Below, one piece after another: positions 20,240 to 30,318 of a stretch of DNA of 64,000 nucleotides. A program made the translations under genes and the position numbers. The notes below the pieces were generated by a model, which did no database searches, was not told the DNA's origin, and saw only the letters and a list, made by a program, of their open reading frames with translations. Positions within the stretch are counted from its first letter, which is position 1, and each line of letters opens with the position of its first letter. Source of the stretch: Bacteroidota bacterium (GTDB lineage: Bacteria; Bacteroidota; Bacteroidia; AKYH767-A; OLB10); contig JANLZB010000038.1 in NCBI GenBank assembly GCA_031366005.1, forward strand, positions 41,208-105,207. The letters run 5' to 3'.

Positions 20240-21640
20240 CTAAATCACCGCTTCCACTTTCTCATTCAGCCATTTCAAATCAGCGACATTTTTTTCTGCA
20301 TCAATTTCCTGTTTTAGTTTTTGAAGTTTGGTATTGCTAATCCCTGCCCGCACCAATCGCGTTAAAAATTTAACCAGGTTGCGGTTGATTGTTCGCTGAT
20401 ATTCTGAAATGCTTCTGTTGCGTAAAAGAAATAAACGAAACGCTGATGCGTGATAAAAAAAAGTTTCCACCTCATCCAATTCATAAAATGCTTTTAATAA
20501 AACCACTCGTGCATCCAGTTGATAAAACACATCTGTGAAAACAACATCCTGCAACTGGCGGATTGATTTTTTAAAATCTGCATTCATAAAATACCAGTAA
20601 GCAAGATTATATGCTAATGCATTTTTACGTTCGGCAGGCAATAAGTAATTGATGTATTTGTGAATAAAAATACGGCACCATTCTTTTTCATTTAAACGCA
20701 AGGCAATGCTTACGATGTTCTTATACTCCCATTGCGAAAGATAATCTGCATTCATCAGCCGTTTGTCAGCAAGCATCGTTTTATAAATTTCAAAAAGTGT
20801 TTTGATGTATGCAGTGTTTCCCTGGTTAATTTTTTTAACACAATAATTTTTTACATACTGATACATGCCATTCAATTCTGCAACAGGAAAAAGATGTCCG
20901 TGTTTTTTCAACAGCTCACGCAAACGGTCAAAGTTTTTTTCCTTGTCAGCATCAGTGAGCGTTAAGAGTATGTGATAATAAATCTGAATAACAGGAATTT
21001 TAGCAAACGGTTCTTTAACGGCCAGTTTTTTGATTTCATCAAACAAGTGCAAATTAAAATCACCTGAAAGAATATTTTTAAGATTGATTACCTCGCAAAA
21101 CAATTGGAGCTTACGCGATAAATAAAATGTTTCTAAATTTTGTAATACATCCTGATAATCCAGTTTCTTTTTTCGTGATTGCTTGCTTCCTGTATAATTG
21201 AGATGCTGATCTGCCGCAACGAAACGGTGATAATAAAACTTGGAATTCTGAATCTCGTCCTGTTGTTTTATTAAGTGATAACGATACTGGTATGATTTCT
21301 CACAATCACGCTTGGCAAGTTCATTTGCGCAAATTGTATTTTGCAATAAATCATCTTTATCAAAACCTCTGAGTGAAATAAAATATTCAAGATGCTTGGT
21401 GAGATCAGTGAGCAGGTAACGCATTTGCTGATCGTTAAATCTAACAATACCAAATATTTTTTTATGCAAGTCCTTGCGTGAAAAACTTTTGTTTTTATTC
21501 AGCATTACTCTCACAGCAATAAAACAATCATCCAGCTTTTTGTTTTCTGTAAAGTAGGGTGAATGGAGATAAGATTTAAATGCTTTTACTTCATGCAGGT
21601 TGAGTGAACGAATAAGTTCTGTAAGCTTTGAGTTTTGCAT
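20240..21640 (-). CDS. hypothetical helical (regulator-like) protein; paralog of 50681..52159
   Basis: 466 aa, all-helical. The N-terminal segment LTELIRSLNLHEVKAFKSYL aligns with LQQLITGMNKEQIRFFKLF of the second copy. It lies divergent from a T9SS cargo gene. Confidence 0.4.
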   Translation of the reverse strand: MQNSKLTELIRSLNLHEVKAFKSYLHSPYFTENKKLDDCFIAVRVMLNKNKSFSRKDLHKKIFGIVRFNDQQMRYLLTDLTKHLEYFISLRGFDKDDLLQNTICANELAKRDCEKSYQYRYHLIKQQDEIQNSKFYYHRFVAADQHLNYTGSKQSRKKKLDYQDVLQNLETFYLSRKLQLFCEVINLKNILSGDFNLHLFDEIKKLAVKEPFAKIPVIQIYYHILLTLTDADKEKNFDRLRELLKKHGHLFPVAELNGMYQYVKNYCVKKINQGNTAYIKTLFEIYKTMLADKRLMNADYLSQWEYKNIVSIALRLNEKEWCRIFIHKYINYLLPAERKNALAYNLAYWYFMNADFKKSIRQLQDVVFTDVFYQLDARVVLLKAFYELDEVETFFYHASAFRLFLLRNRSISEYQRTINRNLVKFLTRLVRAGISNTKLQKLKQEIDAEKNVADLKWLNEKVEAVI

Positions 21641-21659
21641 TGAGAAGACCTTCCTGTAT

Positions 21660-21801
21660 TGTCATCCTGAAAGGAACTTGTGTAATAGTATTATAAAGGT
21701 TGACTTAGTGGGGAGTTGATTTAACAGAGGTGCGTTGAACAAACTTGCTTCGTATTCAAACTTTGGTGCAACTATTACACAAGTTCCTTTCAGGATGACA
21801 G
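21660..21801. repeat. perfect 30-bp inverted repeat (TGTCATCCTGAAAGGAACTTGTGTAATAGT) flanking an 82-bp spacer; MITE-like or operator palindrome
   Basis: Left arm 21660-21689. The exact reverse complement is at 21772-21801. Read directly from the sequence. Confidence 0.8.
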
Positions 21802-22074
21802 TTATTTCGTGTAAAAATACTTTATCCCGACAAATAACCATATCATTTCAAAAATATGTTTGCTTTGCCTGTAAACTGTAAACCGAAAAACGTAAACTAT
21901 ACTTTGACAAATCAAAAAAACTGTACTTTTTTACAACCTGTTCCCCGAGTATGTTTGTATCGTGAAAAACTATCTGGTAGAAACACTACCTTTAAACTTC
22001 AGCTTATGAAAACAATATTTACCTCCTGTAAGACGCAAAGTATTTTCTCCAAAACAATACATTGCTTCAAAATC

Positions 22075-25000
22075 ATGCGCATAAAAAAACATGTTTCTCT
22101 TTTTTCTATTTTGATAATAATTTCATTTCAGTCAAAAAGCATCAATGTTCAGATATCCAAAGTGGATGATGCATGTGCTGAAGGCATCGGATCTATTGGT
22201 GCTTTTGCTTCTGGAGGAACACTTCCTTACACTTTTGTCTGGTCGAATGGAACAACTGATATTTCAAATGATGCGGAAGATACCATTCATAATCTTTTTG
22301 CGGGGGTATATTCTTTAACCGTGTATGACGCGGCAGGGGACAGTGCGGTTGTCAGCGCTACTTTAACAAATTATCCTAACCTTGATCGCAACGGTTTACT
22401 AGGAGCAATGAATATGATGACTAATAGTGGTCCTCCATTTCCGGGAAATCCCGGTTTTGCATGTCCGAATACTTATGATGGAATTATGTATGGTTTTTTA
22501 AATATAGTAGGTGGAATCCCTCCTTTTTCAGTGACTTCTTTCAGTACTAATAATTTTAATCCGTATGCAGATGCATATATAGGTATAGGTACAATCGGCT
22601 ATTATTTTGCGGTTGATAGCCTGATGACAGGCGACCAGTTTTTTATAACAATAGCTGATAATGCAGGCTGCACCGGAAACTTCAGCGATATGGAATTTGG
22701 TCCTGATTATTTCAGCACCAATATTATTTCTACAACGCCAGCAACTAACGGACAAAGCAACGGGAGCTTGACTATTGACCATCACTCCGGACCTTTTACT
22801 TTAAATATTATTCTTAATGACAGTCTTGGTTCTGTTGGTTCATTCAACGGAGTATCAGGATTGATGAACCTGAGCAACACGCTGCATCCGGGAACTTATA
22901 CCATTTACATGGAATATAATAATACAAGGAATGTGTGTGATACTACATTGACTGTTACTGTTGGAAATACAATTTCCAATGCAGGATATTACTGGGTTGG
23001 AGGCACAGGCAACTGGAGCGATTATGCAAACCATTGGGCTACTACAAGTGGAGGTACAACATTTCAAACAGCTCCACCAGGACCCAATGGTGATGTTTAT
23101 TTTGATGCGAATTCGTTTCCAACTGCGAATGATACTGTTCATGTAGATGTAACAACTGCCTATTGTAATAATTTTGATTGGACAGGTGCAAATAACAGTC
23201 CTGATATTTATGGAAGCGGCACTACCGTTAATATCTATGGCTCATTTATTTTATGTCCAACAATGACCTGCGATTTGCCCAATATCAATTTTATTTCATC
23301 ACAAACCAATAACATCATTCGCACTTATGGTAATCTGTCACTATTAGGTACGAACTTCACATTTAATAATCCCACCGGTGAATGGGAATTAGCTGACAAC
23401 CTCACTTTGCCTGTAAATGGAGGTGTGGGCAATCTCGCTGTTGTTAGCGGAACTTTTAAATCAAATAATTTTAATGTAACCTGTTATAGGATTACGGCTG
23501 GCAGCGCGACTGGATTGTTTGGAACTTCCACAATCGAATGTTCTGAATTTCACATTCTGTTTGGCGCCTCTCTTGACCTCGATTCAACAATTATTCAAGG
23601 AGTTGGTACACTAACTTCAAATCAAAATGGTATCGCATTCAATATTGTTAATGCTGTAGATATTTATGTTGATTCTTGTACGGTTAATAAAATCGTGTGC
23701 ACAGGTTTCAATGGTTTAAGCAATTCTGTTAAAGAAATAACCACCTTTTATATAAGCAATCAAGCCACTGGTAATGCAATAGCCCCTAATCATTTTCAAA
23801 AAGCAATATTTCCTTTTAATGGACGAATTGACTCTAACACTTCTTATTTTGATACAGTATTCGTAGATCAATCTTCGAGTACCTTTCAACTTCAAGGTAA
23901 CAGCAGCGATACAGTTTTTGTAAACAATCAATTCATCATAAACAAACCATCCGGACAATCAAATTTTACAAGCAATGGTCCTGTTCTATCCGTTGCATCA
24001 GGAACAGTTTGTCTTCACAATGTAGCCCTGCAAAATGTTGCTGCTGTCGGTGGCGCACAATTTTATGCAGGTCAGGGATGTACTGATGCAGGAGGCAACA
24101 CTGGTTGGACATTTGCTCCATGTTCAGTAGTAACAGATGTGTGGCCCGGTGATGCAAATTATGATTTAACAGTAAACAATTTGGATGTGCTAAACATCGG
24201 CATGGCTTATGGAGATACAGGTGCTGTTCGTACTGGTGCATCAAACAATTATGTTGCACAACCTGCAGTTGACTGGAGTGGATTTTTTCAAACAGCAGTA
24301 AATAAAAAACATGCTGACTGTAATGGTGATGGAATAGTTGACAACAATGACACGGCTGCAATTGCTTTGAACTATGGACAAAATCATCCTGCACGTTTTT
24401 CAAATCCCGGAAATCAACTGTTACCATCTCCAGATTTATATCTTGAAATAAATCCTGACTCCGCAAGCTTAAGCGATACTGTTAATGTGGATGTTTTTCT
24501 TGGAACAAACACCACACCTGTTGACAGTATTTATGGAATTGCCTTCACCATCAATTTTGATACTGCTTATGTGGATACCACTTATATGCCTTTTGATTAC
24601 ACTGGTAACTGGATGGGAGTTTCAGGTGTTGATTTATTAACGTTTCAGAAAACACGTTTCTTAGAGGGTGCAGTTGACATGGCAATGGTTCGCACTGATC
24701 ATCAGAATATCGGAGGCTTTGGATTTTTAGAACGCATAGGAATTGTGGTGGTGGATAATATCGGTGCACGAATTACAACTCCTTTCACGCTTTCCAATGT
24801 TCATGCAATCACTTACTCGGAATATGTGCTTGCTATAAATACTTTGAATGATTCTCTTTCACTTGATACCATCTCATCTGTTGGAATTAATGAAGTTGGA
24901 AATCTTGAAAACATGATTTCTGTTTATCCGAATCCTGTAAAGGAAAAATTACATATTCACTCAGGTAGAATTAATATGAATGGTGTTGAAATTTATAACT

Positions 25001-25149
25001 GCATGGGTGAGATGGTTGTTAATGAAAAAATAAATTCAAATTTTGTTAGTTTAAATGTTACAAATTTGCAACAGGGAATTTATTTGATTCGTTGTTATAC
25101 TGATAAAGGAGTTTTCAATAAACGAATGGTAATTGCAGTCAGGAAGTAA
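22075..25149 (+). CDS. large secreted protein with a dockerin-like calcium-binding repeat pair and a C-terminal T9SS (Por) sorting domain
   Basis: The start was taken at the internal MRIKKHVSLFSILIIISFQS signal. Two dockerin-type loops are GDANYDLTVNNLD and DCNGDGIVDNND. The C-terminus (VYPNPVKEKLHIHSG...GIYLIRCYTDKGVFNKRMVIAV) matches the T9SS CTD. Confidence 0.75.
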   Translation: MRIKKHVSLFSILIIISFQSKSINVQISKVDDACAEGIGSIGAFASGGTLPYTFVWSNGTTDISNDAEDTIHNLFAGVYSLTVYDAAGDSAVVSATLTNYPNLDRNGLLGAMNMMTNSGPPFPGNPGFACPNTYDGIMYGFLNIVGGIPPFSVTSFSTNNFNPYADAYIGIGTIGYYFAVDSLMTGDQFFITIADNAGCTGNFSDMEFGPDYFSTNIISTTPATNGQSNGSLTIDHHSGPFTLNIILNDSLGSVGSFNGVSGLMNLSNTLHPGTYTIYMEYNNTRNVCDTTLTVTVGNTISNAGYYWVGGTGNWSDYANHWATTSGGTTFQTAPPGPNGDVYFDANSFPTANDTVHVDVTTAYCNNFDWTGANNSPDIYGSGTTVNIYGSFILCPTMTCDLPNINFISSQTNNIIRTYGNLSLLGTNFTFNNPTGEWELADNLTLPVNGGVGNLAVVSGTFKSNNFNVTCYRITAGSATGLFGTSTIECSEFHILFGASLDLDSTIIQGVGTLTSNQNGIAFNIVNAVDIYVDSCTVNKIVCTGFNGLSNSVKEITTFYISNQATGNAIAPNHFQKAIFPFNGRIDSNTSYFDTVFVDQSSSTFQLQGNSSDTVFVNNQFIINKPSGQSNFTSNGPVLSVASGTVCLHNVALQNVAAVGGAQFYAGQGCTDAGGNTGWTFAPCSVVTDVWPGDANYDLTVNNLDVLNIGMAYGDTGAVRTGASNNYVAQPAVDWSGFFQTAVNKKHADCNGDGIVDNNDTAAIALNYGQNHPARFSNPGNQLLPSPDLYLEINPDSASLSDTVNVDVFLGTNTTPVDSIYGIAFTINFDTAYVDTTYMPFDYTGNWMGVSGVDLLTFQKTRFLEGAVDMAMVRTDHQNIGGFGFLERIGIVVVDNIGARITTPFTLSNVHAITYSEYVLAINTLNDSLSLDTISSVGINEVGNLENMISVYPNPVKEKLHIHSGRINMNGVEIYNCMGEMVVNEKINSNFVSLNVTNLQQGIYLIRCYTDKGVFNKRMVIAVRK

Positions 25150-25193
25150 TTCTTATCACCCGGGTTTCTTTATAAATAAAATTTAATATTACT

Positions 25194-28100
25194 ATGGTAT
25201 ATAATTTTCGATTGTTAATCATAACAATTTTATTTGTGACTGGAATGCATTCCGTAAAGGCTTTCAACGGCATTATCTCTGCACCGATGCAAATAGTAAG
25301 CATCACTTCTTTTGGAACCGATACAGTTATTGCAGCCGGTGGATATAAATACAATCCTGTTTCAGGTTGGCCCGGAGATTATTCCTATTTATTACGCTCA
25401 ATTGATGGTGGTATAACATGGAAAGTTATTTACCGATTGCATTCTAATGCACAATTTCATTCTGTATATGCCCTTAATAACTCAACAGGGTTTGCCGTAG
25501 CTGACAGTGGACTAATGTATAAAACCATTGATGCAGGATCATCGTGGTTTCGTGTTGCATTGCCATCAGGAATTAATCTTTACAACATCGAATTCACTGA
25601 TTCTTTAACAGGTTATGCAACCGGTTCGCAGGAACGTTATTTAAAAACCATTGATGGCGGTTACACATGGACGCAAAAAGCAATTGGTGCCTCATACAAC
25701 GGGCTTTATGATATTACATGGGCAAGTGCAACACGAGGTTTTATTTGCGGAGAGCGTTTCTATACTACAACGAATGGAGGCAATTCATGGAATATCGGAA
25801 GTAATTTTTCCGGTTTTATAAAAACCAAAATGCATTTTAAAAATACACAGGAAGGTTTTGCTGCACCATTCAGCGGGGGTATCGGTAAAACAACTAATGC
25901 TGGTTTATCCTGGACAGTGGATACTACTGCTAACATTATTGATCTGCACGAATTTGATAACGCACATTTTATCGGGGTAAAGGATAGTTCAGTTTATGAA
26001 ACGGTAGATAGTGGCAATACATGGATTTTAAAATATACCTTACCTGTTGGTGATGCAGAAGCAATTCATTTCAGTAGTGCAATGAAAGGATGGATTGGAT
26101 GTGCCAACGAAATTTATAGTACAACTGATGGAGGTGCAACATGGATGGCAAGCGGCTATCAGCATGCAGGAACAGCCGATGTAATTGCATTTGATTCTTT
26201 AACGCTTTATTCTTATTCTGCAATCTGGCAGGATTTACTTTACCAGACTTTTGATGGTGGTGGATCGTGGAGGCATCATGTCACACCTTCAGGTTTAAAT
26301 ATTTCAAGCCTGGATTTTGTTTCGCCTGCAGTTGGTTTTGGAGCAGGACCGGGAGGATTGTATTCCACTCTTGATTCAGGATTTACTTGGACATTGATAA
26401 ACGCTACACCAATTGAAGATGTAAAAGCATTTAATCAATTAAACTTAATTGCATACGATGGTATAAATGGCAACCATGTATATACCAGCACCAACGGAGG
26501 CGTTACATGGAATCTGCTTCAGCCGGTTTATAATAATCCTTCAATAAAAAAATTAGATGCCAATGTTGGATTTGCTGTTACTTATCCAAATACGTTGTAC
26601 AGAACCATAGATGGCGGAGCCACCTGGCAAGTTATGAATTCAAATTTTACAATGAGCACCTGGGACATGCTTGATTCGTTAAACGGTATAAGTGTTTTAT
26701 CAACTAATTCTGATGTTTATAAAACAACTGACGGAGGAATTACGTGGAATTATTTAAGCACTAACAGCAATTTAGTGAATATAAAAATGATTGACCTGCA
26801 AACGGTTTGTTCCATTGGTTTAGGAAGTTATTTTTATTTGTCAATGGATAGTGGTGTTACTTTCAATATTGCTGAAAATGAAATTACACCTTACTTACGC
26901 AATCTTACAAAATCACCAACAGGCGAAGTAATTTTTTATGGTGATTTGATAACAGGTAATTTTATAAACGGATTTCCTCTTTGCGCAACCAAGGCTCTAT
27001 ACGATCGTCCTTATGCCGGAATATTTGAAAGCGATACCGAACATCTCATCAATCAATCGTTAAATGCACAGCAATTTCAATGGTATGATAATGGAAATTT
27101 TATCACCGGCAATACTGATTATGATTTCACAAGCAGCGATACTGGCAGTCACGCAATTTCTTTGATGGCTTCTGATGGCAACTGTAATGCTGATTATTCC
27201 AACAGTATTTATGTTCATCCATTCGGATCAGTTTGGTTGCAACGTACAGGTATCAATTATCGCAACCTGGTTAAGTCAGCCAATTTTCAGATTGGGAACT
27301 TTGGTTATCGTTGCAACGGTTCACTCAATGTTTCATCTACCGACTCTTGTTTTCGTATTAATTTAAAAACATTAACATGGGAACCGGTAGCAAACTTACC
27401 TGCCTCACCTCGCTATGGCAATACCGGATTTGCAATTGGTGGTTATGGGTACGAGGTAAGTTATGATGGAACCTTAAATCAAAATCAGTTATGGCGTTAT
27501 GATGCTTCTAACGATACGTGGATTCAAAAAGCACTCTTTCCGGGAAATGCAAGAATCGGAAGTTCTTCTTTTGTGTTGAACAATAAAGCGTATGTAATTT
27601 GTGGTTATAAAGTTGTTGCTTCCACTGCAATTTATAATAATGAATGTTGGGAATATGATCCTGCTAATGATACTTGGACACAACGAACATCCATGCCAGG
27701 TCTTGAACGAATCAGAGGAGCTGCCTTTGCCGTTAATGGCTTTGGTTATTATGGAGGAGGATGGCAGGTGACCAATTTATTTGATTATTATAAATATGAT
27801 CCCATCAACGATTCATGGAGTGTTATTCCTTCTATTCCGGGTAACCCCAATGTTTATCTTCCGCAAACGTTTGTAAGAGACAATGATGGATATTTACTTG
27901 CAGGAAATAATCCATCCTTTGTTTATAAATATAATTCGATAAGTAACAGTTGGGACAGTGCTGTTATGATCATTAACCAGCAAATTCTGGATGGTGTTTG
28001 TTTTATCAATGGAGACAGTGTGTTAAGTTGCCATAGCTCCAATCAGATAAATGCCTATCCTGATATTTGGTACATGCGGTTTGCGCCTTCTTCCATTCCT

Positions 28101-28376
28101 GTATCTACTCAGCAAAATGCATCAGCTGAGAAAATGATTGATGTAAATGTTTATCCCAATCCTGCAAAAGATCAAATAACTATTACATCAGGAAATTTAA
28201 AAATGAATGCGATTGAAATTGTTAATCCACTTGGCGGAATTTTAATTCGTGAGAAAATAAATAGAAATATGTTTATTCAAAACTTGTCAGGTTTTAACAA
28301 TGGAATTTACATGGTTCGTTGCTTTACTAAAAAAGGAATTGTAAATAAAAGAATAGTGATTACAGGCAGACAATAA
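25194..28376 (+). CDS. secreted BNR/Ycf48-like plus Kelch beta-propeller protein with a C-terminal T9SS sorting domain
   Basis: 1060 aa with a signal peptide. It has many S/TxDGGxTW repeats (TIDGGYTW, STDGGATW, ...). A Kelch-like region follows (GNTGFAIGGYGY, GAAFAVNGFGYYGGG). The CTD reads VYPNPAKDQITI...GIYMVRCFTKKG. Confidence 0.75.
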   Translation: MVYNFRLLIITILFVTGMHSVKAFNGIISAPMQIVSITSFGTDTVIAAGGYKYNPVSGWPGDYSYLLRSIDGGITWKVIYRLHSNAQFHSVYALNNSTGFAVADSGLMYKTIDAGSSWFRVALPSGINLYNIEFTDSLTGYATGSQERYLKTIDGGYTWTQKAIGASYNGLYDITWASATRGFICGERFYTTTNGGNSWNIGSNFSGFIKTKMHFKNTQEGFAAPFSGGIGKTTNAGLSWTVDTTANIIDLHEFDNAHFIGVKDSSVYETVDSGNTWILKYTLPVGDAEAIHFSSAMKGWIGCANEIYSTTDGGATWMASGYQHAGTADVIAFDSLTLYSYSAIWQDLLYQTFDGGGSWRHHVTPSGLNISSLDFVSPAVGFGAGPGGLYSTLDSGFTWTLINATPIEDVKAFNQLNLIAYDGINGNHVYTSTNGGVTWNLLQPVYNNPSIKKLDANVGFAVTYPNTLYRTIDGGATWQVMNSNFTMSTWDMLDSLNGISVLSTNSDVYKTTDGGITWNYLSTNSNLVNIKMIDLQTVCSIGLGSYFYLSMDSGVTFNIAENEITPYLRNLTKSPTGEVIFYGDLITGNFINGFPLCATKALYDRPYAGIFESDTEHLINQSLNAQQFQWYDNGNFITGNTDYDFTSSDTGSHAISLMASDGNCNADYSNSIYVHPFGSVWLQRTGINYRNLVKSANFQIGNFGYRCNGSLNVSSTDSCFRINLKTLTWEPVANLPASPRYGNTGFAIGGYGYEVSYDGTLNQNQLWRYDASNDTWIQKALFPGNARIGSSSFVLNNKAYVICGYKVVASTAIYNNECWEYDPANDTWTQRTSMPGLERIRGAAFAVNGFGYYGGGWQVTNLFDYYKYDPINDSWSVIPSIPGNPNVYLPQTFVRDNDGYLLAGNNPSFVYKYNSISNSWDSAVMIINQQILDGVCFINGDSVLSCHSSNQINAYPDIWYMRFAPSSIPVSTQQNASAEKMIDVNVYPNPAKDQITITSGNLKMNAIEIVNPLGGILIREKINRNMFIQNLSGFNNGIYMVRCFTKKGIVNKRIVITGRQ

Positions 28377-28411
28377 ATTTATCTGAAAACAATTCGCCTC
28401 ATCATCTTATG

Positions 28412-28443
28412 CCTCTCCCAATCCCGATAGCTATCGGGAGAGG
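28412..28443. repeat. GC-rich hairpin CCTCTCCC-N16-GGGAGAGG with a nested palindrome CCCGATAGCTATCGGG
   Basis: Intergenic between convergent genes. It shares the CCTCTCC/GGAGAGG core with the metG intragenic repeats. No flanking T-run. Confidence 0.6.
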
Positions 28444-28473
28444 GAAGTAGTGACCGATAAAAATAATGTGTGA

Positions 28474-29658
28474 TTAAACAGCAGCGCTTGCTTTTATTTT
28501 TTGTCCGATGGCTTGTTTTAAATCTTCGATCAAATCTTCCACATCTTCTATACCAACACTTAATCGCAATAACGAATCTGTAACACCTGCTTTATCTCGT
28601 TCATCTTTTGGGATGGAAGCATGCGTCATCGTTGCCGGATGATTGATTAATGATTCAACACCACCTAATGATTCAGCCAGTGAAAAAACTTTTGTGCGTG
28701 ATGCCATTGCAAATGTTTCTTCTAATGTTGCATCCTTTAAAGTAAAGCTGATCATACCACCAAAATCACGCATTTGTTTTTTTGCAATGTCATGATTTGG
28801 AAAATCTGCGAAGCCGGGCCAGTATAATTTATCAATCATCGGATGATTGCGTAAAAATTCAGCAACAGCTTTTCCGTTTGAGCAGTGGCGTTCCATCCGG
28901 ATGTGCAAAGTTTTAATTCCACGCAACACTAAAAAACTATCCATCGGTCCGGGTGTTGCCCCGCAGGAATTATGAATGAATGCAAGTTGTTCAAACAATT
29001 TATCATCATTCATACACAAAGCACCCATCACCACATCCGAATGACCACCGATATATTTTGTTACAGAATGTAAAACGATGTGTGCTCCGAAACCAAGCGG
29101 GTTTTGCAAATAAGGAGAAGCAAACGTATTGTCAACCACAAACAATAAATTATTTTTTGCAGCGATATCACCACAGGCTTTCAAATCAACAATCTGCATG
29201 GTGGGATTAGTTGGAGTTTCAACCCAAAGCATTTTTATGTTTTTGTTGAGATAGTTATTGATGTTTGCAGCATCATGCATATTGATGAAATGAAACTTAA
29301 TCCCAAAATGCGCAAACACTTTTGTAAACATCCTGTATGTTCCGCCATACAAATCATTGCCTGCTATTACTTCATCGCCAGGACGTAAAAGTTTAATCAC
29401 CGCATCACTTGCACCCATTCCACTGCTGAAACACAAACCATATTTCGCATTTTCCAGGGCTGCAATATTTTTTTCAAGTGCACTGCGTGTCGGATTTTTT
29501 CCGCGTGCATACGCATAACCTTTATGCTTTCCGGGTGATTCCTGCACATAAGTAGAAGTCTGGTAAATAGGAGTCATAATGGCTCCGGTGCTTGGATCTG
29601 GCTCTTGACCTGCATGAATGGCTTTGGTTCCGAATTTCATTTTACTGGTGTCTTTCAT
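28474..29658 (-). CDS. PLP-dependent Cys/Met metabolism enzyme (cystathionine gamma-synthase/beta-lyase, O-acetylhomoserine sulfhydrylase family)
   Basis: 394 aa. The N-terminus FGTKAIHAGQEPDPSTGAIMTPIYQTSTY and the PLP-lysine region (SVTKYIGGHSD) are typical of the family. Confidence 0.8.
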   Translation of the reverse strand: MKDTSKMKFGTKAIHAGQEPDPSTGAIMTPIYQTSTYVQESPGKHKGYAYARGKNPTRSALEKNIAALENAKYGLCFSSGMGASDAVIKLLRPGDEVIAGNDLYGGTYRMFTKVFAHFGIKFHFINMHDAANINNYLNKNIKMLWVETPTNPTMQIVDLKACGDIAAKNNLLFVVDNTFASPYLQNPLGFGAHIVLHSVTKYIGGHSDVVMGALCMNDDKLFEQLAFIHNSCGATPGPMDSFLVLRGIKTLHIRMERHCSNGKAVAEFLRNHPMIDKLYWPGFADFPNHDIAKKQMRDFGGMISFTLKDATLEETFAMASRTKVFSLAESLGGVESLINHPATMTHASIPKDERDKAGVTDSLLRLSVGIEDVEDLIEDLKQAIGQKIKASAAV

Positions 29659-29774
29659 AATGCAAAAGTATTAAATGTGTTTCTTAATAATCAATCTTTA
29701 TAAGAGTAATAAAATTTATCAGTCATAAAAAAAGCGACACCATTGATGTCGCTTTTAAATTTAAGAATCGAATT

Positions 29775-30212
29775 TTATTTTGCAGTGCTTACTCCTTTTA
29801 TAGTAAGGTTAATCGTTATCACAAATTCAGTTTCATCATCATGATGATTATTATTTTGATTGCAATTACCACCACCATTTGATTGATGACCGTCATGTTG
29901 TTCTTCAACGGATGAAATTACCACTCTGTCAGTACCTGAATAATTTGTTGATGGAATGTAACGATAGCTTGTTGCATTATTTTCCAACATACTTGATTTA
30001 AAATGTGAAGCCTGTGTTGTGATCTGAAAAGGATCATCTGATTTATTTTCCGGCATAGCGTAAGTGTAGGTTTCATTTGCATTGATAGTTGCCTCCACTG
30101 TGCGGTACTCCACTTTAGCATTATCCTTATGATCTTTTTTGAAATCCATTTTTTGGCAGGATTGTGTTAAAAAGATAATTGGTGTTACGAGTAAAAAAAA
30201 TAGTTTTTTCAT
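29775..30212 (-). CDS. lipoprotein, unknown function (His/Asn-rich C-terminal region)
   Basis: 145 aa. The signal plus lipobox is LTQSC. A stretch GGGNCNQNNNHHDDETE is present. Confidence 0.4.
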   Translation of the reverse strand: MKKLFFLLVTPIIFLTQSCQKMDFKKDHKDNAKVEYRTVEATINANETYTYAMPENKSDDPFQITTQASHFKSSMLENNATSYRYIPSTNYSGTDRVVISSVEEQHDGHQSNGGGNCNQNNNHHDDETEFVITINLTIKGVSTAK

Positions 30213-30318
30213 TTTCTTGTATGATTTATTGAGTTTGACTCTGGTTAATACGTAAAGTTTAATATAAAATTGGACAGATCACGGAATTGCGGTGAATAAT
30301 TAATCCTTGCGGTTAAAA

